Shown: piece after piece, positions 1 through 11,490 of the stretch
Position numbering within the stretch: position 1 is the first letter of the stretch
Layout: every line of letters starts with the position of its first letter
Origin: Vibrio alginolyticus NBRC 15630 = ATCC 17749
GTDB taxonomy: Bacteria; Pseudomonadota; Gammaproteobacteria; Enterobacterales; Vibrionaceae
Assembly: GCF_000354175.2 (NCBI RefSeq)
Contig: NC_022349.1
Coordinates: 180,001-212,000, forward strand
Length of the DNA: 32,000 nucleotides
Direction: 5' to 3'
Notes under the pieces: generated by a model
The model's database searches: none
Seen by the model: only the letters and a program-made list of their open reading frames with translations
Told to the model about the DNA's origin: nothing
Program-made: the position numbers and the translations under genes

Positions 1-63
1 AGCTGGGATCATACCAACACGATATTCGTGATTCTTGATTTCCTTAGGTACGCCAATGATCAT
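1..63 (-). CDS. ald: L-alanine dehydrogenase, first 21 codons only (gene continues past the left edge)
   Basis: The reverse complement of 1-63 translates to MIIGVPKEIKNHEYRVGMIPA. This matches the conserved N-terminus of alanine dehydrogenases (B. subtilis Ald begins MIIGVPKEIKNNENRVA, from memory). It is absent from the ORF track because it has no stop codon in the window. Confidence 0.6.
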   Translation of the reverse strand, partial: MIIGVPKEIKNHEYRVGMIPA

Positions 64-219
64 CCTGTATCCTCTTTCTATAATGGTTGTATTAACTGTT
101 AGTAGGGTGTTATTGTCGAATTAATAACTAGTATAGTTATAGATTTGTAAAATTTGGCACCAAATATTAAAAAGTTGTAGTATATTTTTTTGCAAGGAAG
201 TAATAAGGTGGAATAAAAA

Positions 220-714
220 ATGGCAGACAACTATAAAAAGCCGTCCAAGGAACTAGACCGTATCGACCGCAACATTCTTAATGAGCTGCAGAAAGACGGT
301 CGTATTTCAAACGTTGAGCTTTCAAAACGTGTGGGACTTTCTCCAACGCCATGTTTGGAGCGTGTACGTCGCTTAGAGCGTCAGGGTTATATCACAGGGT
401 ATACTGCATTATTGAATCCGCAGTTCCTGGATGCATCACTATTAGTATTCGTTGAGATTACGCTAAACCGTGGTGCGCCGGATGTGTTTGAGCAGTTTAA
501 CTCAGCTGTTCAAAAGCTAGACGACATACAAGAGTGTCATCTTGTTTCAGGTGACTTTGACTATCTTCTTAAAACCCGTGTATCAGATATGGGTGCTTAC
601 CGCCGACTATTGGGCGATACGTTACTACGTCTACCTGGCGTAAATGACACTCGCACATACGTTGTTATGGAAGAAGTGAAACAATCTAACCAGCTTGTGA
701 TCAAAACTCGTTAA
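220..714 (+). CDS. lrp: Leucine-responsive regulatory protein (Lrp/AsnC family global regulator)
   Basis: 164-aa ORF with near full-length similarity to E. coli Lrp (LDRIDRNILNELQKDGRISNVELSKRVGLSPTPCLERVRRLERQGYI). It has a GGTGGA Shine-Dalgarno upstream and the conserved lrp-ftsK neighbourhood. Confidence 0.95.
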   Translation: MADNYKKPSKELDRIDRNILNELQKDGRISNVELSKRVGLSPTPCLERVRRLERQGYITGYTALLNPQFLDASLLVFVEITLNRGAPDVFEQFNSAVQKLDDIQECHLVSGDFDYLLKTRVSDMGAYRRLLGDTLLRLPGVNDTRTYVVMEEVKQSNQLVIKTR

Positions 715-725
715 TTTCTTGCAAA

Positions 726-750
726 GAAAGCGGTATATGCTTCCGCTTTC
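726..750 (+). terminator. Weak hairpin after lrp (8-bp stem gaaagcgg/ccgctttc, 9-nt loop, no U-tract)
   Basis: Inverted repeat read directly from the sequence, 12 nt after the lrp stop codon. The missing T-run makes terminator function uncertain. Confidence 0.3.
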
Positions 751-798
751 GCCAGAGAGTAATTGGGTTTTTCTCCTTGATATGGTTAAATCAATTTA

Positions 799-821
799 CC
801 GAGCGGCTTGATGCCGCTCGG
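799..821 (+). other. GC-rich 9-bp hairpin (ccgagcggc ttgat gccgctcgg) 46 nt upstream of ftsK
   Basis: Perfect inverted repeat followed by aatgttttg. It could be the true lrp terminator or an attenuator in the ftsK leader. Confidence 0.3.
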
Positions 822-866
822 AATGTTTTGCAATTTCCTATTTCATTTCCATATTCAAGTTGATTT

Positions 867-3800
867 ATGTTCAAAGAGAACGCAAAGAAAGTCGAAACCA
901 TTATCAAAACCAGTGAAGAGCCCCAGTCTTCACGCTTAAATGGCTTCCAACGCTTAAAAGAGTGCTGCTTTATCGTTGGCGTTCTTAGCTCGGTATTGCT
1001 TGCGGTTGCACTATTTACCTTCAGTCCGGCCGATCCTTCTTGGTCCCAAACCGCATGGGGAGGGGATATCGATAATGCTGGTGGCCTTTTCGGCGCTTGG
1101 CTAGCCGATACTCTATTCTTCACATTTGGCTCTCTCGCTTACCCAATCCCTTTCTTGCTAGCGGCGGCTGCATGGGTGATTTGCCGTAAACGAGGAGAAG
1201 ATGAGCCAATTGATTTCATGCTATGGGGTACAAGGCTGCTCGGTCTTGTCGTCCTTATTATGACCAGTTGCGGTCTTGCCGATATTAATTTTGATGACAT
1301 TTGGTATTTTTCATCCGGAGGTGTGGTCGGGGATGTGTTGTCTAGCCTCGCTTTACCTACATTGAATGTACTCGGTACCACATTGGTACTGCTGTTCTTG
1401 TGGGGAGCGGGCTTTACGCTCTTCACTGGCATCTCATGGCTTAACATCGTGGAATGGCTTGGTGATCGTGCGTTAGCGCTAATTGCCGCGCTTGCAAATA
1501 AGGCAAGAGGTTCAGAGCAGGAAGTTTTAGAACCTCAGCTTGATGAGTTTGTAGAAGATAAAGTCTCTACGCCTAAACATAATGTAGACCATGAAATTGA
1601 TGATGAGCCGCTTCCTCATTTAACGGCGTACGATGTCGATGAACCGAAAGAGCCGGCGCCAGCGCATGAGTATCCTATTTATATGCCGCAAGCTAAACCT
1701 GATAAGCCTGCGGAACAGGCGATGGTAGAACCGACGCCACCACAACGCAAGGCTACGGTTAATGCTGCGCCAGTTTATTCTGAACCTGAGCCTCAAATAC
1801 AACCTATCCATACGGTTAACACGGATAACGTTGATCCGCTCTTGGAACGCACCAAGCAACTGAATGTTACGATAGAAGAGCTTGAAGCAGCGGCGCAACA
1901 AGCAGATGACTGGGGAACTGAAGAACAGGCAGCCCCATCATTTGCAAACACTTACTCTTCCTATGTAGAGCCACATACAGCTACAGAAGAACCGATCAGT
2001 GTTGAACCAGATTATGCGGAGTACGAACAATTTGAAGCAGAGCAAGTACAGCAGCCAAGTATAGAGCATCCTGTACATGAAGAGCCTGCAATTGATTCTG
2101 CTGTATTAGATAGCATCACGGCTCAAACAGAGTCGAGCCAACATATTGAGCCTACGATCTCTGACTTTGATGTGTTAGATGATGAAGACGAAGTGGAGTC
2201 TCAGCCTGCACAGCAAGTACAGCCAACAACGCCTCATCAGCAAGCAGCAACACCTTCAACAACATTTGAACCTGCACCTCAAAAAGTGGAAGTAGAAGAG
2301 ATCCAAGACAACGACCAAGACGTTACCGCATTCCAAGATATGGTTTCCAATGCGCAAGCCAAAGTCGCTGCAACACAGAACCCATTTTTGGTACAGAAAG
2401 AAGAAAACTTGCCAGTTCCGGAAGAGCCACTCCCAACGCTCGAGTTGCTTTATCATCCAGAAAAACGTGAAAACTTTATCGACCGTGATGCGCTAGAGCA
2501 GGTCGCTCGATTGGTAGAGAGCAAACTCGCTGACTACAAAATCAAAGCCGATGTGGTTGGTATTTATCCTGGTCCAGTGATCACTCGTTTTGAGCTTGAT
2601 TTGGCGCCGGGGGTGAAAGTAAGTCGTATTTCTGGTCTTTCAACTGACTTAGCGCGTGCATTGTCTGCGATGGCGGTACGTGTTGTGGAAGTAATCCCTG
2701 GCAAGCCTTACATCGGTTTGGAACTGCCAAACATGAGTCGTCAGACGGTCTATTTATCTGATGTCATCAGTAGCCCTCAGTTTGAGCAAGCAACGTCACC
2801 AACAACGGTTGTGTTAGGTCAAGACATTGCGGGCGAAGCTGTGGTGGCAGATCTTGCGAAGATGCCACACGTGCTAGTAGCAGGTACAACAGGTTCTGGT
2901 AAGTCGGTAGGTGTGAACGTGATGATTTTGAGCATGCTGTATAAAGCAGGCCCAGAAGATGTACGCTTCATCATGATTGACCCGAAAATGCTAGAGCTTT
3001 CTATTTATGAAGGTATCCCTCATCTTCTTTCTGAAGTTGTGACTGATATGAAAGACGCATCAAATGCTCTACGTTGGTGTGTGGGCGAGATGGAACGTCG
3101 TTACAAATTGATGTCGGCATTAGGTGTACGTAATGTGAAGGGCTTCAACGAAAAACTGAAGATGGCAGCAGAAGCGGGCCACCCAATCCATGACCCGTTC
3201 TGGCAAGAAGGCGACAGCATGGATACTGAACCGCCATTGCTAGAAAAGCTGCCTTACATCGTCGTTGTTGTTGACGAATTTGCTGACCTAATGATGGTGG
3301 TCGGTAAGAAAGTTGAAGAACTAATTGCTCGCTTGGCGCAAAAAGCGCGTGCGGCAGGTATTCACTTAATTCTTGCGACTCAGCGTCCATCGGTTGATGT
3401 TATTACCGGTCTAATTAAAGCGAACATTCCAACTCGTGTTGCGTTTACGGTATCGACTAAAACGGACTCTCGTACAATCCTAGATCAAGGCGGCGCAGAA
3501 TCACTACTTGGTATGGGTGATATGTTGTATCTACCGCCGGGGTCAAGTCATACAACTCGTGTTCACGGTGCATTTGCATCAGATGATGATGTTCATGCTG
3601 TTGTAAACAACTGGAAAGCGCGTGGTAAACCTAACTACATTGAAGAGATCATCAGTGGAGATCAAACTCCAGAAAGTCTATTGCCAGGTGAGCAAATGGA
3701 AGCGGATGAAGATGTAGACCCGCTCTTCGATCAAGTTGTTGAGCACGTGGTTCAATCACGTCGAGGTTCGGTTTCCGGTGTTCAGCGCCGATTTAAGATA

Positions 3801-3914
3801 GGTTACAACCGTGCCGCCCGTATTGTAGAGCAGCTTGAGGCGCAGGGCATCGTAAGTGCTCCGGGTCATAACGGTAACCGTGAAGTACTGGCACCTGCGC
3901 CACCAAAAGATTAA
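867..3914 (+). CDS. ftsK: DNA translocase FtsK
   Basis: 1015-aa ORF with N-terminal TM segments and the conserved [11 protein letters not shown] motif. An acidic, Pro/Gln-rich linker covers roughly aa 215-520. The C-terminal motor has Walker A GTTGSGKS and Walker [11 protein letters not shown]. The gamma domain reads [19 protein letters not shown]...NGNREVLAP. Confidence 0.95.
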   Translation: MFKENAKKVETIIKTSEEPQSSRLNGFQRLKECCFIVGVLSSVLLAVALFTFSPADPSWSQTAWGGDIDNAGGLFGAWLADTLFFTFGSLAYPIPFLLAAAAWVICRKRGEDEPIDFMLWGTRLLGLVVLIMTSCGLADINFDDIWYFSSGGVVGDVLSSLALPTLNVLGTTLVLLFLWGAGFTLFTGISWLNIVEWLGDRALALIAALANKARGSEQEVLEPQLDEFVEDKVSTPKHNVDHEIDDEPLPHLTAYDVDEPKEPAPAHEYPIYMPQAKPDKPAEQAMVEPTPPQRKATVNAAPVYSEPEPQIQPIHTVNTDNVDPLLERTKQLNVTIEELEAAAQQADDWGTEEQAAPSFANTYSSYVEPHTATEEPISVEPDYAEYEQFEAEQVQQPSIEHPVHEEPAIDSAVLDSITAQTESSQHIEPTISDFDVLDDEDEVESQPAQQVQPTTPHQQAATPSTTFEPAPQKVEVEEIQDNDQDVTAFQDMVSNAQAKVAATQNPFLVQKEENLPVPEEPLPTLELLYHPEKRENFIDRDALEQVARLVESKLADYKIKADVVGIYPGPVITRFELDLAPGVKVSRISGLSTDLARALSAMAVRVVEVIPGKPYIGLELPNMSRQTVYLSDVISSPQFEQATSPTTVVLGQDIAGEAVVADLAKMPHVLVAGTTGSGKSVGVNVMILSMLYKAGPEDVRFIMIDPKMLELSIYEGIPHLLSEVVTDMKDASNALRWCVGEMERRYKLMSALGVRNVKGFNEKLKMAAEAGHPIHDPFWQEGDSMDTEPPLLEKLPYIVVVVDEFADLMMVVGKKVEELIARLAQKARAAGIHLILATQRPSVDVITGLIKANIPTRVAFTVSTKTDSRTILDQGGAESLLGMGDMLYLPPGSSHTTRVHGAFASDDDVHAVVNNWKARGKPNYIEEIISGDQTPESLLPGEQMEADEDVDPLFDQVVEHVVQSRRGSVSGVQRRFKIGYNRAARIVEQLEAQGIVSAPGHNGNREVLAPAPPKD

Positions 3915-3926
3915 TGAACTTGTGTT

Positions 3927-3953
3927 ACTCACCTCAGTCCAACTGAGGTGAGT
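3927..3953 (+). other. 11-bp perfect hairpin (actcacctcag tccaa ctgaggtgagt) between ftsK and lolA
   Basis: Inverted repeat read from the sequence, with no following T-run. It may be an mRNA-stabilising or partial terminator structure. Confidence 0.3.
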
Positions 3954-3975
3954 GGTTCTAATAATAGGTATCTGA

Positions 3976-4602
3976 ATGAAAAAACTATTTTCAGCGAAAC
4001 TTTTCTCCGCGCTTGTTTTAAGCTTTTCCCTCTTCTCTACTGCACACGCAGCGTCTCCTAAAGATGAATTAAACAAACGCCTTTCTATGAATGATGGCTT
4101 TAGTGCAGATTTCTCTCAGCAGGTTATTAGCCCTGAAGGCGAAACGGTGATGGAAGGAGAAGGTACGGTTGAAATTGCCCGCCCAAGCCTGTTCCGTTGG
4201 AGTACAACATTCCCTGATGAGAACCTATTGGTCTCTGACGGTAAGACATTGTGGTACTACAGCCCATTCATCGAGCAAGTGAGCATCTACTGGCAAGAGC
4301 AAGCAACAGAGCAAACGCCATTTGTTTTGCTAACGCGTAACCGAGCAAGTGATTGGAATAACTACAAAATATCTCAAAAAGGTGACCAGTTCACTCTCAT
4401 TCCTACTGCAGTAGACTCCACACAAGGTCAATTCCAGATTAATATTGATGCCAAAGGTGTGGTGAAAGGCTTCAATGTGGTTGAGCAAGACGGCCAAAAA
4501 GGTTTGTTCACCTTTAACAACGTGAAGCTGGGTAAACCAAAAGCAGACAGATTCACATTCACAATTCCAAAAGGTGTGGAAGTGGATGACCAAAGGAATT
4601 AA
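3976..4602 (+). CDS. lolA: Outer-membrane lipoprotein carrier protein LolA
   Basis: 208-aa ORF with signal peptide [25 protein letters not shown] and LolA-like length and sequence. The ftsK-lolA-rarA-serS order matches E. coli. Confidence 0.9.
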   Translation: MKKLFSAKLFSALVLSFSLFSTAHAASPKDELNKRLSMNDGFSADFSQQVISPEGETVMEGEGTVEIARPSLFRWSTTFPDENLLVSDGKTLWYYSPFIEQVSIYWQEQATEQTPFVLLTRNRASDWNNYKISQKGDQFTLIPTAVDSTQGQFQINIDAKGVVKGFNVVEQDGQKGLFTFNNVKLGKPKADRFTFTIPKGVEVDDQRN

Positions 4603-4608
4603 TTGGTA

Positions 4609-5958
4609 GTGAGTAATTACACATTAGATTTCTCGGGGGACGAAGATTTTCGTCCCCTTGCTGCTCGTATGAGACCGGAAACGATCGAGCAATATATTGG
4701 ACAGCAGCACATTTTAGGCCCTGGTAAGCCACTGCGCCGTGCGCTAGAGGCGGGTCACATTCACTCTATGATCCTTTGGGGACCACCAGGCACAGGCAAA
4801 ACGACATTAGCGGAAGTGGCTGCAAACTACGCCAATGCTGAAGTAGAGCGTGTGTCTGCCGTAACGTCTGGTGTGAAAGAAATCCGTGCTGCAATCGAGA
4901 AAGCACGTGAGAACAAAATGGCGGGTCGCCGCACCATCTTATTTGTGGATGAGGTGCATCGCTTCAACAAATCTCAACAAGACGCGTTTTTACCGCATAT
5001 CGAAGATGGCACGGTTACCTTTATTGGTGCGACGACAGAAAACCCGTCGTTTGAGTTAAACAACGCATTGCTGTCACGTGCACGTGTCTACAAGCTAACG
5101 TCTCTCGATAAAGATGAAATCTCACTGGCGCTGAATCAAGCGATCAGTGACAAAGAGCGTGGCTTGGGCAATACACCCGCACACTTCGCTGATAACGTAT
5201 TAGACCGCCTAGCAGAACTGGTAAACGGTGATGCTCGCATGTCTCTCAATTATCTTGAGCTGCTCTACGACATGGCAGAAGACAATGCGCAAGGTGAAAA
5301 AGAGATCACGCTTAAGTTGCTGGCTGAAGTGGCAGGGGAGAAAGTCTCTCGCTTCGATAACAAAGGTGATATCTGGTATGACTTAATCTCTGCGGTCCAC
5401 AAATCCATTCGTGGCTCTAACCCAGATGCGGCGCTTTACTGGGCTGCACGTATGATTGCTGCGGGTTGTGATCCTCTTTATATTGCCCGTCGATTACTTG
5501 CGATAGCATCAGAAGATGTCGGCAATGCGGACCCTAGAGCCATGCAAGTGGCACTCTCCGCGTGGGACTGTTTTACACGCGTTGGCCCAGCAGAAGGTGA
5601 ACGTGCGATTGCACAGGCGATCGTGTACTTAGCATGTGCGCCAAAAAGTAATGCTGTTTACGTGGCGTGGAAACAAGCGCTAGCGGACGCTCATAACTTA
5701 CCTGAATATGAAGTGCCGCATCACCTTCGAAATGCGCCAACCAGTTTGATGAAAGACATGGGTTATGGGGCTGAGTATCGTTATGCTCACGATGAGCCTG
5801 GTGCTTACGCAGCAGGTGAGCAATATTTGCCGCCTGAAATGGGCGATCGTAGGTACTATCAGCCGACAAATCGTGGTCTGGAGACCAAAATCGGCGAAAA
5901 GTTAGATTACTTGGCTACTTTAGACGCAAATAGCCCACAAAAGCGCTATGAAAAGTAG
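4609..5958 (+). CDS. rarA: Replication-associated recombination protein A (AAA+ ATPase RarA/MgsA)
   Basis: Walker [10 protein letters not shown] and Walker [11 protein letters not shown] are present. Starting at GTG 4609 gives MSNYTLDFS, which aligns with the E. coli RarA N-terminus MSNLSLDFS. TTG 4603, used in the ORF track, is an alternative start. Confidence 0.9.
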   Translation: MSNYTLDFSGDEDFRPLAARMRPETIEQYIGQQHILGPGKPLRRALEAGHIHSMILWGPPGTGKTTLAEVAANYANAEVERVSAVTSGVKEIRAAIEKARENKMAGRRTILFVDEVHRFNKSQQDAFLPHIEDGTVTFIGATTENPSFELNNALLSRARVYKLTSLDKDEISLALNQAISDKERGLGNTPAHFADNVLDRLAELVNGDARMSLNYLELLYDMAEDNAQGEKEITLKLLAEVAGEKVSRFDNKGDIWYDLISAVHKSIRGSNPDAALYWAARMIAAGCDPLYIARRLLAIASEDVGNADPRAMQVALSAWDCFTRVGPAEGERAIAQAIVYLACAPKSNAVYVAWKQALADAHNLPEYEVPHHLRNAPTSLMKDMGYGAEYRYAHDEPGAYAAGEQYLPPEMGDRRYYQPTNRGLETKIGEKLDYLATLDANSPQKRYEK

Positions 5959-5995
5959 GCGTTTTTGGATACATTTGTTTAGTAAATTTTTTTAA

Positions 5996-7357
<1,362 letters not shown>

Positions 7358-7378
7358 TTCATTAACCACTAGAACACC

Positions 7379-7407
7379 AAAACCCAGCCTTAGTGCTGGG
7401 TTTTTTG
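7379..7407 (+). terminator. Rho-independent terminator of serS
   Basis: 7-bp stem acccagc/gctgggt with a 6-nt loop, followed by TTTTTT. Confidence 0.8.
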
Positions 7408-7564
7408 TTATCTGCGTCGAGTGAAAATTGATTATTACTAAGCTGCAATAGTGTTTTCGAATTTACCCTAATTATCTTGTTATTTGTAATCGATATAATC
7501 ATCCACCTTACCACGGTAAGTAGATTTTCTCATTCAAGTAACGAGGAGGGCTTATGGCCGTAGG

Positions 7565-7819
7565 GTGGCAAATGACGATAGCGTCAGCCAACAAATTCAA
7601 AACACAATAGACGACGAGATTTCCCGTGTTCGTGGCAGTATCACAAGGGGTGAAAGCGCCCATTATTGCGATGAGTGTGGTGATGAGATCCCAGAAGCAC
7701 GTCGTTTTGCTATGAAAGGCGTTCGTTTGTGTATCGAATGTCAGTCAACAATCGAATTGGTGTCTCAACGCCAAGCATTGTTCAATCGACGAGCGAGTAA
7801 AGACAGTCAACTCCGATAA
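7565..7819 (+). CDS. ybiI: DksA/TraR-family C4 zinc-finger protein (YbiI-like)
   Basis: The CDECGDEIP...CIECQ four-cysteine finger and the C-terminal NRRASKDSQLR match E. coli YbiI as I recall it. The start is GTG 7565; see the finding on the upstream ATG in another frame. Confidence 0.8.
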   Translation: MANDDSVSQQIQNTIDDEISRVRGSITRGESAHYCDECGDEIPEARRFAMKGVRLCIECQSTIELVSQRQALFNRRASKDSQLR

Positions 7820-7844
7820 CTTTACTGTTCTAATAAATAATGAG

Positions 7845-7875
7845 ACGGTTTGAGTCTCATACTCAAACCGTTTTC
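7845..7875. terminator. Bidirectional terminator between convergent ybiI-like gene and bioA
   Basis: 11-bp stem acggtttgagt/actcaaaccgt with loop ctcat. A T-run follows on the + strand and an A-rich run precedes the stem. Confidence 0.7.
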
Positions 7876-7888
7876 GTATTGAATTGGA

Positions 7889-9169
7889 CTATGAAGCGAA
7901 GCAGTCTTTACGTTGCAACGCCGCATCAATCGCGTTAACTAGCTTCTCAATATCTTCCGGCTTGCTGATGAACGGCGGCATCATATAAATCAGTTTGCCA
8001 AATGGACGAATCCAAACTCCGTGTTCAACAAACAAGGCTTGGATGGTTTCCATATTCACAGGGCGATGCGTCTCCACTACGCCAATGGCACCTAGCCAAC
8101 GGGTGTTTTTCACCAACTCGTATTCTTCAAGTTTTGGTAGTAACTCAGAAAACAGCGTTTCAATTTGTTGGGTTTGTTGCTGCCAATTACCTTGCTCAAT
8201 CAATTCCAAACTTGCGGTGGCAACAGCACAGGCGAGTGGATTCCCCATAAAGGTTGGACCGTGCATAAAACAGCCTGCATCACCACCACAAACGGTGTCT
8301 GCTACGTGTTTGCTCGCCAGGGTCGCAGAGAGGGTCATGTAGCCGCCAGTGAGTGCTTTCCCGACACACAGAATGTCTGGTTGAATGTCTGCATGTTCGC
8401 AGGCAAACAACTTACCGGTACGACCAAATCCGGTAGCGATCTCATCTGCAATCAATAACAAGCCGTATTTGTCGCAAAGCCTACGCACGCCTTTGAGAAA
8501 TTCTGGATGGTAGATGCGCATGCCGCCTGCGCCTTGAACAATAGGTTCTAGGATCACCGCAGCAAGTTCTTCATGGTGCGTTTCAATCTTGTGCTCGAAG
8601 TCGGTAAGGTCCTCTGGCTTCCATTCATCCCAATAACCACAAGTTGCTGACTCCGCAAAGATATGCTCAGGCAAAAAGCCTTTGTAAAGAGAGTGCATTG
8701 AGTTATCAGGATCGGTAACCGACATAGCTGCAAAGGTGTCGCCGTGATAACCGTGTCGCAAAGTAAGAAACTTCGGTCGGCGTTCGCCTTTTGCATGCCA
8801 ATATTGCAGTGCCATTTTTAAGCTGACTTCTACGGCAACGGAGCCTGAATCGGCAAGGAATACATGTTCAAGGTTATTTGGTGCAAGGGACAATAGCTTC
8901 TTACACAAACTGATTGCTGGCTGGTGGGTAATCCCGCCAAACATCACGTGAGAGACCTGATCGATTTGCTGGTGAGCGGCTTGATTTAAATGCGGATGGT
9001 TGTAGCCGTGGATCGTCGACCACCAAGAAGACATGCCATCGACCAGCTCAGTACCGTCTTCCAATTTAATATGAACACCATTTGCCGATGCCACTGGGTA
9101 GCAGGTCAGAGGTGTCAATGTCGAAGTGTAAGGATGCCAGATATGCTGGCGGTCGAAGGCGAGATCCAT
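7889..9169 (-). CDS. bioA: Adenosylmethionine-8-amino-7-oxononanoate aminotransferase
   Basis: Starting at ATG 9169 gives MDLAFDRQHIWHPYTS, which aligns with E. coli BioA (..DDLAFDQRHIWHPYTS). The protein is colinear with BioA throughout (DGMSSWW, GKALTGG). The TTG 9181 start in the ORF track is unsupported. Confidence 0.95.
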   Translation of the reverse strand: MDLAFDRQHIWHPYTSTLTPLTCYPVASANGVHIKLEDGTELVDGMSSWWSTIHGYNHPHLNQAAHQQIDQVSHVMFGGITHQPAISLCKKLLSLAPNNLEHVFLADSGSVAVEVSLKMALQYWHAKGERRPKFLTLRHGYHGDTFAAMSVTDPDNSMHSLYKGFLPEHIFAESATCGYWDEWKPEDLTDFEHKIETHHEELAAVILEPIVQGAGGMRIYHPEFLKGVRRLCDKYGLLLIADEIATGFGRTGKLFACEHADIQPDILCVGKALTGGYMTLSATLASKHVADTVCGGDAGCFMHGPTFMGNPLACAVATASLELIEQGNWQQQTQQIETLFSELLPKLEEYELVKNTRWLGAIGVVETHRPVNMETIQALFVEHGVWIRPFGKLIYMMPPFISKPEDIEKLVNAIDAALQRKDCFAS

Positions 9170-9229
9170 GTGCGATTCCAATAATAATTGAGGCTAAAAA
9201 ACAGACAGGTGTAAACTTTGATCTTTTGC

Positions 9230-9274
9230 GTTGTGTTGACAGTTTATCGAGACTCAGTAGACTGTCAACACAAC
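9230..9274. promoter_or_regulatory. Candidate bio operator (BirA site) with overlapping divergent bioA and bioB promoters
   Basis: Perfect 14-bp inverted repeat gttgtgttgacagt-N17-actgtcaacacaac between bioA and bioB. Each arm carries a TTGACA -35 hexamer: + strand 9236-9241 with -10 TAGACT at 9258-9263, and - strand 9268-9263 with -10 TAAACT at 9246-9241. Confidence 0.6.
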
Positions 9275-9299
9275 AACAAAAGTGACTAAAGGAATACAC

Positions 9300-10352
9300 G
9301 TGGAAGTTCGTCATAACTGGACGCATGCTGAAGTGCGCGATCTCATGGAAAAACCATTCATGGATCTCCTATTCGAAGCGCAGCTTGTACATCGTCAATA
9401 TCAACAAACCAACCATGTTCAAGTAAGCACGCTTCTGTCGATTAAGACAGGTGCTTGTCCAGAAGATTGTAAGTACTGTCCTCAGAGTGCTCGTTACACC
9501 ACAGACATCGAGAAAGAGCGTCTGATGGAAGTAGAACGCGTACTCGATGCTGCGCAAAAAGCCAAAAATGCTGGTTCTACTCGATTCTGTATGGGCGCAG
9601 CATGGAAAAATCCAAAAGAGCGTGACATGCCGCATTTGACCGACATGATCAAAGGCGTGAAGGGCATGGGTTTAGAAACGTGTATGACATTAGGCATGTT
9701 GACACCAGATCAAGCAAAACAACTGGCAACCGCAGGTTTGGATTACTACAACCACAACCTAGATACGTCTCCTGAATTTTACGGCAACATCATTACCACA
9801 CGTACTTATCAAGACCGTTTAGATACTTTGTCTCATGTTCGTGATGCTGGCATGAAGATCTGTTCCGGTGGCATCATCGGTATGGGTGAAAGTGCTAACG
9901 ACCGAGCAGGTTTGTTGGTTGAATTAGCTAACTTGCCAGTGCATCCTGAAAGTGTGCCAATCAACATGCTCGTGAAGGTGAAAGGCACACCACTGGAAGA
10001 GGTGGACGATGTTGAGCCATTCGATTTCATTCGCTTGATTGCGATTGCGCGCATCATGATGCCTCAATCAGCGGTTCGTCTATCGGCTGGCCGTGAAAAC
10101 ATGAACGAACAAATGCAAGCGCTGTGTTTTATGGCGGGTGCAAACTCAGTCTTCTATGGCTGCAAACTTCTGACGACTCCAAATCCTTCTGAAGATAAGG
10201 ACATGATGCTGTTCAATAAGCTCGGTATTAACAGCCAAGAGGTGTCTCAAAAGCCTGATGAAATCGAAGAAAACGAGTTACTCGATCGCGTCGTAGAGCG
10301 CGTTGCTGCCCGTCCGACAAAAGACGACCTTTTCTACGATGCCAGCGTTTAA
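9300..10352 (+). CDS. bioB: Biotin synthase (radical SAM)
   Basis: The [11 protein letters not shown] radical-SAM motif is present and the protein is colinear with E. coli BioB. GTG 9300 gives MEVRHNWT..., 350 aa, with an AAGGA Shine-Dalgarno 7 nt upstream. The GTG 9282 start in the ORF track is less likely. Confidence 0.93.
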   Translation: MEVRHNWTHAEVRDLMEKPFMDLLFEAQLVHRQYQQTNHVQVSTLLSIKTGACPEDCKYCPQSARYTTDIEKERLMEVERVLDAAQKAKNAGSTRFCMGAAWKNPKERDMPHLTDMIKGVKGMGLETCMTLGMLTPDQAKQLATAGLDYYNHNLDTSPEFYGNIITTRTYQDRLDTLSHVRDAGMKICSGGIIGMGESANDRAGLLVELANLPVHPESVPINMLVKVKGTPLEEVDDVEPFDFIRLIAIARIMMPQSAVRLSAGRENMNEQMQALCFMAGANSVFYGCKLLTTPNPSEDKDMMLFNKLGINSQEVSQKPDEIEENELLDRVVERVAARPTKDDLFYDASV

Positions 10353-11490
10353 ATCTCGTATCGAGTCCGCCCTTGCTGAGCGTAAAACGCAAGGGTTGAA
10401 TCGTTCTATGAATGTGGTGTTTGCCGGTAACCAGTCCGTTTTGGAACACGAAGGTAGACGCTACATTAATTTCTCAAGTAATGATTATTTGGGATTGGCT
10501 AATGACCAAGCGCTTGTTCGGGCTTGGCAGCAAGGTTTAAGCGTATATGGTAGTGGCAGTGGAGCATCACCGATGGTGACTGGCTTTAGTGCCGCGCACA
10601 GCAATTTAGAAGCCGCACTGACCGAATGGTTGGGTTACGACAGAGCAATTCTGTTTGGTTCTGGATTCAGTGCTAATCAAGCCTTGTTGTTCACCTTGTT
10701 GGAAAAATCAGACGTATTGATCCAAGACCGTTTGAACCATGCCTCACTGATGGAAGCGGGGGCGTTGTCACCAGCTAAGATGAAGCGCTTCAAACACAAT
10801 GACATCGAGCACCTAAAGTCGCTGATTAATAGCGAAGACAACCATCTAGTTGTGACTGAAGGGGTATTCAGCATGGACGGCGACTGTGCGCCGCTTAGCG
10901 ATATAGCTGAAGTCACTCGTAGTCATGATGCTTGGTTTGCTGTCGATGACGCTCATGGTATTGGCGTTCTTGGTCAATCCGGTGGTGGTTCTTGCGAGTT
11001 GGCAACGGTTAAACCCGAGATACTGATCGTTACTTTCGGCAAAGCGTTTGGTATGTCTGGCGCGGCTATTTTATGTGACCACGCAACGGGAGACTTTTTG
11101 ACTCAGTTTGCTCGTCACCATGTGTATTCCACAGCGATGCCTCCGGCACAAGCCTACGCGCTCACGCATGCGGTTTCTATGGTTCAAGAGCAGTCTTGGC
11201 GACGTGAAAAGCTCTCTGAGCTTAGTGAAGTGTATCGAGATAGCCTTAGCGACCTTGAGGGGTTTGTTGAGACTCAAACTTCGATTAAGCCCTTTTTGAT
11301 TGGTGAATCTGAATTGGCTTTGCGAGTAGCAGGTGCTTGTCGCCAAAACGGTATTTGGGTGACTGCTATTCGCCCTCCGACGGTGCCTAAAGGAACGTCT
11401 CGTCTTCGAATCACACTCACTGCCAATCACACTAATGAACAAGTTAAAACGCTTTCAATCGCATTGAAGCAAGCATTAGGAGCGCTGTAA
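10339..11490 (+). CDS. bioF: 8-amino-7-oxononanoate synthase
   Basis: ATG 10339 gives [12 protein letters not shown]..., 383 aa, and overlaps the bioB end by 14 nt. The protein belongs to the PLP-dependent acyl-CoA/ACP transferase family (NDYLGL, FSMDGD, TFGKA lysine motif) and sits in the bio operon. Confidence 0.9.
   Translation: MPAFKSRIESALAERKTQGLNRSMNVVFAGNQSVLEHEGRRYINFSSNDYLGLANDQALVRAWQQGLSVYGSGSGASPMVTGFSAAHSNLEAALTEWLGYDRAILFGSGFSANQALLFTLLEKSDVLIQDRLNHASLMEAGALSPAKMKRFKHNDIEHLKSLINSEDNHLVVTEGVFSMDGDCAPLSDIAEVTRSHDAWFAVDDAHGIGVLGQSGGGSCELATVKPEILIVTFGKAFGMSGAAILCDHATGDFLTQFARHHVYSTAMPPAQAYALTHAVSMVQEQSWRREKLSELSEVYRDSLSDLEGFVETQTSIKPFLIGESELALRVAGACRQNGIWVTAIRPPTVPKGTSRLRITLTANHTNEQVKTLSIALKQALGAL

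Noticed and set aside
155-160. TGGCAC upstream of lrp, resembling a sigma-54 -24 element
   Set aside because: The position where the -12 TTGC should lie reads ATTAA. The hexamer is simply the centre of the ATTTGGCACCAAAT palindrome.
791-1901. Minus-strand ORFs 791-1123, 1139-1447 and 1620-1901
   Set aside because: They are antisense to ftsK (or to its leader). Their sequences are Arg-rich and low-complexity, and no motif is recognisable.
1500-2450. Low-complexity Pro/Gln/Glu-rich stretch that might look like a repeat array
   Set aside because: It is the normal variable linker of FtsK, in frame with the flanking conserved domains. I could identify no exact tandem nucleotide repeats or spacer-repeat periodicity.
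4636-4657. Perfect 9-bp-stem hairpin ggggacgaa gatt ttcgtcccc, 27 nt into rarA
   Set aside because: It lies inside the coding sequence (encoding GDEDFRP) and has no U-tract. I cannot distinguish a functional structure from coincidence without conservation data.
7995-8458. Three overlapping + strand ORFs (82-115 aa)
   Set aside because: All are embedded antisense in bioA. They have no independent start signals and are an artefact of the open reverse frames of a conserved gene.
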